A stretch of DNA of 64,000 nucleotides from Eledone cirrhosa (lineage: Eukaryota): assembly GCA_964016885.1 (NCBI GenBank), contig OZ024757.1, positions 35,712,001 through 35,776,000 of the forward strand, written 5' to 3'. This document shows, in pieces, positions 51,525-62,600 of the stretch. A model generated the notes under the pieces. It was not told the origin of the DNA. It saw only the letters and a list, made by a program, of their open reading frames with translations, and did not search any database. A program made the translations under genes and the position numbers. Positions within the stretch are counted from its first letter, which is position 1; each line of letters starts with the position of its first letter.

Positions 51525-54049
51525 TTACATCTGTCTGTGAACTCTTGAAAAAGCAACATACAATTGTCCAGGGTTAAATACTTGCTCAGGGAGGAACAGA
51601 CCCACTTTATCATGTATTTGACCATGGTTCTTGTTGATTGTCATGGCATATGACAGTCTTAATGGAAACTGGGGTCTTTCCAAAGTAAAAAGGATGTTGG
51701 CACCACTGGGGGCTAACTTCAGTCTTGGGATCAAAACACACCTGCCCATCAAAGGACCATAGATATGAGAAGCTTTGATAAAATGTTTATGCAGTTCTAC
51801 TACTTCTAATCTTGTGCCATTACATAATCTGTTCTGGATTGAAATATTCCATAGAAGCATTATTATTGATCCTGCTTTTAATTGGAGTTTGTGAGGCGGC
51901 ATCCCAGAAGGTGTAAGCAAGTTCATTTAGCTTGAACCAGGCAGCAAGGGTCCCTGCATTTCTACCACAACCTGAGCATTGCCTCTTTGAAAGTAAACTC
52001 TGTTTGTTCTCCAGGTGTGTGGCTAGGCTGTATACTGTAAGTGATGTACCATGAAGCTTAAATTCGGAGAGACACGACACTGCTTCTGGCTGAGACACAT
52101 ACCTGCAACAAAGATAGGTTCTTATTTCATCATGGTTGTGTTGGTTCTGAGCCTCATTAGGTAATGCATTATTCGTTACTTCTATAGATGTACAATCATG
52201 CCCCATGTAACATATTTAAAGAGGTACTTGACACTTTTTACAGAAGCGCAAACTTCAACATTAATATGTGCACAATATTTCTTAAGCAAAAAGGCATTAA
52301 ATGGCACAACATTCCTGTTATCTACTGAATGTCATCCAATTTACACTGCAGTTCCTGTCTTGCACCTCCTGTACTCTGGGTATCCATTTAGGTTCAATAA
52401 TGTTTCCCTTCTGTAGGTTTTTGGATAGTTCTTTTGGAAAAATCCATTTTGTATAAATGGGGGAAAAGGGTTTCCAGAACCACATGGCCCATGGATCATA
52501 AACTTTTAAATCTGCTCATGTAGTACTTGATCATCTTCCAATGCAGGTATTTCTGCTGACACGATTCTGTCAATGTCTTCTCTGTTTCTTATCTTGTCTT
52601 CATTTCTTAAGGCTCAGTGTTATCATCTGTTTAGATAATTCATTAAACCATTATACTCATCCACTCACAATTGGGCTTGATTGTTCCTCAAATATTGAAG
52701 CCTGCATCCCTCTACTTTCATATAGGCTTCCACTAAATACTGCTAAAATAATTTACCTGCCCTATATATCGCACTAAATCCTCCTCTATATGCTATACTG
52801 TATATGTAATACTCCTGCATTGTCAGTCTATTGCAAACACAGGTCCTGCATTCCTCTCCATGTCACTATGCCACCAAAATTCACCATTATGGGTCGGTCA
52901 TGAGGTCCAAGTGGCATGAATTATGTGATATTTTCTGAGGAGGATGGTCTTTAGGAAAGATGATAATATCTCTTTGTACAGGTGGTCTGCCCTCAATCCC
53001 CCACAAAACAACAGCTATCATTACTAGTTGGTAAATTATAGCAGCTCATATCTGATCCTCTTCTAAATCTTAATTCACAGTTCTGTACACGACAATTTTC
53101 TCTTCTTGCACTTTGCTGTTTGATGCCATTCATTGTATTGTACAATTCGACATATGGATTACATTCATGCAACACCTCTCTTATCATAGCCATTTTTTGT
53201 GGTGAGCACTCATTATTTGTTGGTACTAGGGCGGTGGATTGGCAGTATCGGTAGAGCGTCAGACACCATGCTTTGCAGCATAGGGTTATGGCCCTTTACG
53301 TTCTGGGTTCAAATCCCTCCAAGGTTGACTTTGTTTTCATCCTTATGAGGTCGATAGAATAAAGTACCAGTAATTGCTGGCCTTGTGCCGGAAACAATTA
53401 TTTGGTCGTACTTCCAATCTGTGCTACACACCTTCGTTCCCATCAATAATATATAACTGGCCATATTGTGGTGTATTTTCTGCAGGTTACAGAGGTGGGG
53501 GTGTAGTGATATGTTTGACCCTGAATATGAAAGCTATACGGGCCTCTGCCGGGTGGTAACACCAAATGAAGTGAAATAAATGTAGTTTTAATTGCAGATG
53601 TTTCTGTGAAATCAACTGCTTCCTGGCCTCTTTCAAAGAGATTTCTCAGTCTCTCGGGGTATATTTGCAATGGTGGCAACACTACCTTTCCTTTATTACA
53701 ACAGTTACAATTTTCATTTCTAAATTTCAAAGCTCCACAGTGATCACACGAAACATTCATATCACTAATATGAAATTCTTCTACATTTCCATTAATATTA
53801 ATTGTTGGCCAATTTCTCTTACGACGCTCATTATCCATTCTTCTCTGTCTGAATGTTTTCCATTCTAAGTCTATTTGCATGGAATAATTATATTCTGTTG
53901 TTTATTATGTAATTAAATAGCTCTGTACAATACATAGAGCATTCTTCTTTTCTTTACCTTTTCTATGGAAATACAAGAACAAACATATATATATATATAT
54001 GTATATATGTGTGTATATACATAAACAAGACTGTTATTACTCCAACCAG
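51525..54049 (-). pseudogene. Internally deleted, decayed Helitron Rep-helicase, copy D (longest)
   Basis: In order on the minus strand: Cys cluster and GPYSFHIQGQTYH (53443-53880); LHECNPYV..YNLPTSND (52993-53193); GKLF*QYLVEAYMKVEGCRLQYLRNNQ (about 52680-52760); IDRIVSAEIP..KFMIHGPCG (about 52480-52575); DNRNVVPFNAFLLKKYCAHINVEVCASVKSVKYLFKY (about 52210-52322); GHD..DEIRTYLCCRYVSQPEA (51820-52206); Pif1-type C-terminus PSGMPPHKLQLK..LCNGTRL..QFPLRLSYAMTINK..GQLYVAFSRV (51525-51926). Multiple stops and frameshifts. Confidence 0.93.
53229..53396 (+). mobile_element. tRNA-derived SINE in Helitron copy D
   Basis: Same element and insertion site as in copies A and B; flanking repeats at 53212-53227 and 53397-53412. 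Confidence 0.85.
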
Positions 54050-57000
54050 ATGAAACTCTGTCATGTAATGTTATGGACATCTCTGCCCCTGTGGCTAATA
54101 ATTCTGTCATGTAATGTTATGGACATCTCTGCCCCTGTGGCTAATAATTCTGACATGTAATGTTATGGACATCGCTGCCCCTGTGGCTAATAATTCTGAC
54201 ATGTAATGTTATGGACATCTCTGCCCTGTGGCTAATAATTCTGAGAGAGATGAAACACGTGAGGGATTAGAGAGAGATAAAACAAGTGAGGGATTAGAGT
54301 GTTGAAACAAGAGAGAGAGAGGAAGAGAGAGAGAGAGCGAGATGAAATGAGACAGGGAGAGCGAGATGAAACGCGAGAGTGAGAGAAGCGAGATGAAACG
54401 AGAGAGTGAGAGCGAGATGAAACGAGAGAGAGAGAGAGCGAGATGAAACGAGACAGAGAGAGCGAGATTTAATGAGAGAGAGAGAGAGCGGGATGGAACG
54501 AGACAGAGATGAAACGAGAGAGAGAGGAAACGAGAGAGAGGAAACGAGAGTAGAGAGCGAGATGAAACAGGAGAGAGAGAGCGAGATGAAACGAGAGGGA
54601 GAGAGAGATGAAACGAGGGAGATAGAGATGAAACGAGAGAGAGGAAGAGAGAGATGGAACGAGCGAGAGGAAGAGAGAGATGGAACGAGAGAGAGGAAGA
54701 CAGAGATGAAACGAGAGAGAGCGAGATGAAACGAGAGAGCGAGATGAAACGAGATAGAGAGAGAGCGAGATGAAACGAGAGAGAGGAAGAGAGAGAGCGC
54801 GAGATGAAACTCTGTCATGTAACGTTATGGACATATCTGCCCTTGGGGCTATAATTGTCATGTAATGTTATGGACATCTCTGCCCCTGTGGCTAATAATT
54901 CTTTCATGTAATGTTATGGACATCTCGGCCCCTGTGGCTAATAATTCTGACATGTAATGTTATGGACATCTCTGCCCCTGTGGCTAATAATTCTGACATG
55001 TAATGTTATGGACATCTCTGCCCCTGTGGCTAATAATTCTGACATGTAATGTTATGGACATCTCTGCCCTGTGGCTAATAATTCTGAGAGAGATGAAACA
55101 CGTGAGGGATTAGAGAGAGATAAAACAAGTGAGGGATTAGAGTGTTGAAACAAGAGAGAGAGAGGAAGAGAGAGAGAGAGCGAGATGAAATGAGACAGGG
55201 AGAGCGAGATGAAACGTGAGAGTGAGAGAAGCGAGATGAAACGAGAGAGTGAGAGCGAGATGAAACAAGAGAGAGAGAGCGAGATGAAACGAGACAGAGA
55301 TAGCGAGATTTAATGAGAGAGAGAGAGAGCGGGATGGAACGAGACAGAGAGGAAACGAGAGAGAGAGGAAACGAGAGAGAGGAAACGAGAGTAGAGAGCG
55401 AGATGAAACAGGAGAGAGAGAGCGAGATGAAACGAGAGGGAGAGAGAGATGAAATGAGGGAGATAGAGATGAAACGAGAGAGAGGAAGAGAGAGATGGAA
55501 CGAGAGAGAGGAAGACAGAGATGAAACGAGAGAGAGAGAGAGATGAAACGAGAGAGAGAGAGAGCGCGAGATGAAACGACAGAGAGAGAGACAGATGAAA
55601 GGAGGGAGATAGAGATGAAACGAGAGAGAGGAAGAGAGAGATGGAACGAGCGAGAGGAAGAGAGAGATGGAACGAGAGAGAGGAAGACAGAGATGAAACG
55701 AGAGAGAGCGAGATGAAACGAGAGAGAGAGAGCGCGAGATGAAACTCTGTCATGTAACGTTATGGACATATCTGCCCTTGGGGCTATAATTGTCATGTAA
55801 TGTTATGGACATCTCTGCCCCTGTGGCTAATAATTCTGTCATGTAATGTTATGGACATCTCTGCCCCTGTGGCTAATAATTCTTTCATGTAATGTTATGG
55901 ACATCTCGGCCCCTGTGGCTAATAATTCTGACATGTAATGTTATGGACATCTCTGCCCCTGTGGCTAATAATTCTGACATGTAATGTTATGGACATCTCT
56001 GCCCTGTGTCTAATAATTCTGACATGTAATGTTATGGACATCTCTGCCCCTGTGGCTAATAATTCTGTCATGTAATGTTATGGACATCTCTGCCCCTGTG
56101 GCTAATAATTCTGACATGTAATGTTATGGACATCTCTGCCCCTGTGGCTAATAATTCTGCCATGTAATGTTATGGACATCTCTGCCCCTGTGGCTAATAA
56201 TTCTGAGAGAGATGAAACAAGTGAGGGATTAGAGATAGATAAAACAAGTGAGGGATTAGAGTGTTGAAACAAGAGAGAGAGAGAGCGAGATGAAATGAGA
56301 CAGGGAGAGCGAGATGAAACGCGCGAGTGAGAGAAGCGAGATGAAACGAGAGAGTGAGAGCGAGATGAAACGAGAGAGAGAGAGAGCGAGATGAAACGAG
56401 ACAGAGAGAGCGAGATGTAATGAGAGAGAGAGAGAGCGGGATGGAACGAGACAGAGAGGAAACGAGAGAGAGGAAACGAGAGTAGAGAGCGAGATGAAAC
56501 GAGAGGGAGAGAGAGATGAAACGAGAGAGCGAGATAGAGATGAAACGAGAGAGAGGAAGAGAGAGATGGAACGAGAGAGAGGAAGACAGAGATGAAACGA
56601 GAGAGAGAGAGAGAGCGAGATGAAACGAGAGAGAGAGAGCGCGAGATGAAACGAGAGAGAGAGAGCGCGAGATGAAACGAGAGAGAGAGAGCGCGAGATG
56701 AAACGACAGAGAGAGAGACAGATGAAAGGAGGGAGATAGAGATGAAACGAGAGAGAGGAAGATAGAGATGGAACGAGAGAGAGCAAGAGAGAGATGGAAC
56801 GAGAGAGAGGAAGACAGAGATGAAACGAGAGAGAGAGAGAGCGAGATGAAACTCTGTCATGTAATGTTATGGACATATCTGCCCTTGGGGTTAATAATTG
56901 TCATGTAATGTTATGGACATCTCTGCCCCTGTGGCTAATAATTCTGTCATGTAATGTTATGGACATCTCTGCCCCTGTGGCTAATAATTCTGAGAGAGAT

Positions 57001-59627
57001 GAAACAAGTGAGGGATTAGAGAGAGATAAAACAAGTGAGGGATTAGAGTGTTGAAACAAGAGAGAGAGAGAGCGAGATGAAATGAGACAGGGAGAGCGAG
57101 ATGAAACGCGAGAGTGAGAGAAGCGAGATGAAACGAGAGAGTGAGAGCGAGATGAATCGAGAGAGAGAGAGAGCGAGATGAAACGAGACAGAGAGAGCGA
57201 GATGTAATGAGAGAGAGAGAGAGCGGGATGGAACGAGACAGAGAGGAAACGAGAGAGAGAGGAAACGAGAGAGAGGAAACGAGAGTAGAGAGCGAGATGA
57301 AACGGGAGAGCGAGATAGAGATGAAACGAGAGAGAGGAAGAGAGAGATGGAACGAGAGAGAGGAAGACAGAGATGAAACGAGAGAGAGCGAGATGAAACG
57401 AGAGAGCGAGATGAAACGAGAGAGAGAGAGAGCGAGATGAAACGAGAGAGAGGGAAAGAGAGAGCGCGAGATGAAACTCTGTCATGTAATGTTATGGACA
57501 TATCTGCCCTTGGGGCTAATAATTGTCATGTAATGTTATGGACATCTCTGCCCCTGTGGCTAATAATTCTGTCATGTAATGTTATGGACATCTCTGCCCC
57601 TGTGGCTAATAATTCTGTCATGTAATGTTATGGACATCTCTGCCCCTGTGGCTAATAATTCTGCCATGTAATGTTATGGACATCTCTGCCCTGTGGCTAA
57701 TAATTCTGACATGTAATGTTATGGACATCTCTGCCCCTGTGGCTAATAATTCTGAGAGAGATGAAACAAGTGAGAGATTAGAGAGAGATAAAACAAGTGA
57801 GGGATTAGAGTGTTGAAACAAGAGAGAGAGAGGAAGAGAGAGAAAGAGCGAAATGAAATGAGACAGGGAGAGCGAGATGAAACGCGAGAGTGAGAGAAGC
57901 GAGATGAAACGAGAGAGTGAGAGCGAGATCAAACGAGAGAGAGAGAGAGCGAGATGAAACGAGACAGAGAGGAAACGAGAGAGAGGAAACGAGAGTAGAG
58001 AGCGAGATGAAACAGGAGAGAGAGAGCGAGATGAAACGAGAGGGAGAGAGAGATGAAACGAGAGAGCGAGAGAGAGATGAAAGGAGGGAGATAGAGATGA
58101 AACGAGAGAGAGGAAGAGAGAGATGGAACGAGAGAGAGGAAGAGTGAGATGGAACGAGAGAGAGGAAGACAGAGATGAAACGAGAGAGAGAGAGAGCGAG
58201 ATGAAATAAGGGAGAGAGAGCGCAAGATGAAACGAGAGAGAGAGAGCGCGAGATGAAACGACAGAGAGAGAGACAGATGAAAGGAGTGAGATAGAGATGA
58301 AACGAGAGAGAGGAAGAGAGAGATGGAACGAGAGAGAGGAAGACAGAGATGAAACGAGAGAGAGAGAGAGCGAGAGGAAACGAGAGAGAGAGAGCACAAG
58401 ATGAAACGAGAGAGAGAGAGCGCGAGATGAAACTGTCATGTAATGTTATTGCCATATCTGCCCCTGTGGCTAATAATTGTCATGTAATGTTATGGTCATC
58501 TCTGCCCCTGCGGCTAATAATTCTGACATGTAATGTTATGGTCATCTCTGCCCCTGTGGCTAATAATTCTGAGAGAGATGAAACAAGTGAGGGATTAGAG
58601 TGTTGAAACAAGAGAGAGAGAGCGAGATGAAATGAGAGAGTGTGAGCGAGATGAAACGAGACAGGGGAGCGAGATGAAACGAGAGAGTGAGAGCGAGATG
58701 AAACGAGAGAGAGAGAGAGCGAGATGAAACGGGAGGGAGAGAGAGATGAAACGAGAGAGAGGAAACGAGAGTAGAGAGCGAGATGAAACAGGAGAGAGAG
58801 AGAGCGAGATGAAACAGGAGAGAGAGAGCGAGATGAAACGAGAGGGAGAGAGAGATGAAACGAGAGAGCGAGAGAGAGATGAAACGAGGGAGATAGAGAT
58901 GAAACGAGAGAGAGGAAGAGAGAGATGGAACGAGAGAGAGGAAGACAGAGATGGAACGAGAGAGAGGAAGACAGAGATGAAACGAGAGAGAGAGAGAGCG
59001 AGATGAAACAGGAGAGAGAGAGCGAGATGAAACGAGAGGGAGAGAGAGATGAAACGAGAGAGCGAGAGAGAGATGAAACAAGGGAGATAGAGATGAAACG
59101 AGAGAGAGGAAGAGAGAGATGGAACGAGAGAGAGGAAGAGAGAGATGGAACGAGAGAGAGGAAGACAGAGAAGAAACGAGAGAGAGAGCGAGATGAAACG
59201 AGAGAGAGAGAGCGCAAGATGAAATGAGAGAGAGAGAGCGCGAGATGAAACGACAGAGAGAGAGACAGATGAAAGGAGGGAGATAGAGATGAAACGAGAG
59301 AGAGGAAGAGAGAGATGGAACGAGAGAGAGGAAGAGAGAGATGGAACGAGAGAGAGGAAGACAGAGATGAAACGAGAGAGAGAGCGAGATGAAACAGGAG
59401 AGAGAGAGCGCAAGATGAAACGAGAGAGAGCGCGAGATGAAACTCTGTCATGTAATGTTATTGACATATCTGCCCCTGTGGCTAATAATTGTCATGTAAT
59501 GTTATGGTCATCTCTGCCCCTGTGGCTAATAATTCTGTCATGTAATGTTATGGACATCTCTGCCCTTGTGGCTAATAATTCTGACATGTAATGTTATGGA
59601 CATCTCTGCCCCTGTGGCTAATAAATC
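54049..59627 (-). repeat. Hierarchical composite satellite, block 4 (reverse, shorter modules)
   Basis: 46-bp arrays at about 54056-54242, 54810-55085, 55745-56204, 56851-56991, 57476-57752, 58433-58570 and 59443-59627. Confidence 0.95.
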
Positions 59628-62600
59628 AGAATTATTAGCCACAGGGGCAGAGATGTCCATAACATTACATGTCAGAATTATTAGCCACAGGGGCTGAGAT
59701 GTCCATAACATTACATGTCAGAATTATTAGCCACAGGGGCAGAGATGTCCATAACATTACATGTCAGAATTATTAGCCACAGGGGCAGAGATGTCCATAA
59801 CATTACATGTCAGAATTATTAGCCAGAGGGGCAGAGATGTCCATAACATTACATGTCAGAATTATTAGCCACAGGGGCAGAGATGTCCATAACATTACAT
59901 GACAGATTTATTAGCCACAGGGGCAGAGATGTCCATAACATTACATGTCAGAATTATTAGCCACAGGGGCAGAGATGTCCATAACATTACATGACATAAT
60001 TATTAGCCACAGGGGCAGAGATGTCCATAACATTACATGACAGAATTATTAGCCACAGGGGCAGAGATGTCCATAACATTACATGACAATTATTAGCCCC
60101 AAGGGCAGATATGTCCATAACATTACATGACAGACTTTCATCTCGCGCTCTCTCTCTCTCTCGTTTCATCTCGCGCTCTCTCTCTTCCACTCTCTCGTTT
60201 CATCTCGGTCTCTCTCTCGTTTCATCTCGCGTTCACTCTCTTTCTCTCTCTCGTTTCATCTCGCTCTCTCTCTCTCTCGTTTCATCTCTGTCTTCCTCTC
60301 TCTCGTTCCATCTCTCTCTTCCTCTCTCTCGTTCCATCTCTCTCTTCCTCTCTCTCGTTTCCTCTCTCTCGTATCCTCTCTCTCGTTTCCTCTCTCTCTC
60401 GTTTCCTCTCTCTCTCGTTTCCTCTAGCTCTCACTCTCTCGTTTCATCTCGCTCTCTCTCTCTCATTTCATCTCGCTCTCTCTCTCTCGTTTCATCTTGC
60501 TCTCTCTGTCTCGTTTCATTTCGCTCTCTCTCTCTCTCATTTCATCTCGCTCTCTCTATCTCGTTTCATCCCGCTCGCTCTGTCTCGTTTCATCTCGCTC
60601 TCTCTCTCTCATTTCATCTCGCTCTCTCTCTCTCATTTCATCTCGCTCTCTCTCTCTCGTTTCATCTCGCTCCCACTCTCTCATTTCATCTCGCTCTCTC
60701 TCTCTCGTTTGATCTCGCTCTCACTCTCTCTTCCTCCCTCTCTCTTGTTTCAACACTCTAATCCCTCACTTGTTTCATCTCTCTCAGATTTATTAGCCAC
60801 AGGGCAGAGATCTCCATAACATTACATGTCAGAATTATTAGCCACAGGGGCAGAGATGTCCATAACACTACATGACATAATTATTAGCCACAGGGGCAGA
60901 GATGTCCATAACATTACATGACAGAATTATTAGCCACAGGGGCAGAGATGTACATAACATTACATGGCAATTATTAGCCCCAAGGGCAGATATGTCCATA
61001 ACATTACATGACAATTATTAGCCCCAAGGGCAGATATGTCCATAACATTACATGACAGACTTTCATCTCGCGCTCTCTCTCTCTCGTTTCATCTCGCCCT
61101 CTCTCTCTTCCTCTCTCTCGTTTCATCTCGCTCTCTCTCTCTCTCGTTTCATCTCGCGCTCTCTCTCTTCCTCTCTCTCGTTTCATCTCGCTCTCTCTCT
61201 CTCTCGTTTCATCTTTGTCTTCCTCTCTCTCGTTCCATTTCTCTCTTCCTCTCTCACTCGTTCCATCTCTCTCTCGTTTCATCTAGCTCTCACTCTCTCG
61301 TTTCATCTCGCTCTCTCGTTTCATCTCTATCTCCCTCGTTTCATCTGTCTCTCTCTCTGTCGTTTCATCTCCCTCTATCTCTCTCTCGCTCTCTCGTTTT
61401 ATCTCTCCCTCCCTCTCGTTTCATCTCGCTCTCTCACTCCTGTTTCATCTCGCTCTCTCTCTCCTGTTTCATCTCGCTCTCTACTCTCGTTCCATCTCTC
61501 TCTCGTTTCATCTAGCTCACACTCTCTCGTTTCATCTCGCTCTCTCTGTCTCGTTCCATCTCGCTCTTTCTGTCTCGTTTCATCTCGCTCTCTCTCTCTC
61601 ATTTCATCTCGCTCACTCTCTCTCTCTCGTTTCATCTCACTCTCACTCTCTCATTTCATCTCGCTCTCTCTCTCTCTCTCGTTTCATCACGCGCTCTCTC
61701 TCTTCCTCTCTCTCTTTTCATCTCTCTCTCTCTCTCTCTCCTTTCATCTCTGTGTTCCTCTCTCTCGTTCCATCTCTCTCTTCCTCTCTCTCGTTCCATC
61801 TCTCTCTTCCTCTCTCTCGTTTCATCTCTCTCTCTCGTTTCATCTCTATCTCCCTCGTTTCATCTGTCTCTCTCTCTGTCGTTTCATCTCCCTCTATCTC
61901 TCTCTCGCTCTCTCGTTTCATCTCTCTCTCCCTCTCGTTTCATCTCGCTCTCTCTCTCCTGTTTCATCTCGCTCTCTCTCTCTCCTGTTTCATCTCGCTC
62001 TCTACTATCGTTTCCTCTCTCTCGTTTCCTCTCTCTCTCGTTTCCTCTCTCTCTCATTTCATGTAGCTCTCACTCTCTCGTTTCATCTCGCTCTCTCACT
62101 CTCATTTCATCTCGCTCTCTCTCTCTCGTTTCATCTCGCTCTCTCTGTCTCGTTTCATCTCGCTCTCTCTCTCTCTCATTTCATCTCGCTCTCTCTGTCT
62201 CGTTTCATCCCGCTCTCTCTGTCTCGTTTCATCTCGCTCTCTCTCTCTCATTTCATCTCACTCTCTCTCTCTCATTTCATCTCGCTCTCTCTCTCTCGTT
62301 TCATCTCGCTCTCACTCTCTCTTCCTCTTTCTCTCTTGTTTCAACACTTTAATCCCTCACTTGTTTCATCTCTCTCTAATCCCTCACTTGTTTCATCTCT
62401 CTCAGAATTATTAGCCACAGGGGCAGAGATGTCCATAACGTTACATGTCAGAATTATTAGCCACAGGGGCAGAGATGTCCATAACATTACATGTCAGAAT
62501 TATTAGCCACAGGGGCAGAGATGTCCATAACATTACATGACAGATTTATTAGCCACAGGGGCAGAGATGTCCATAACATTACATGGCAATTATTAGCCCC

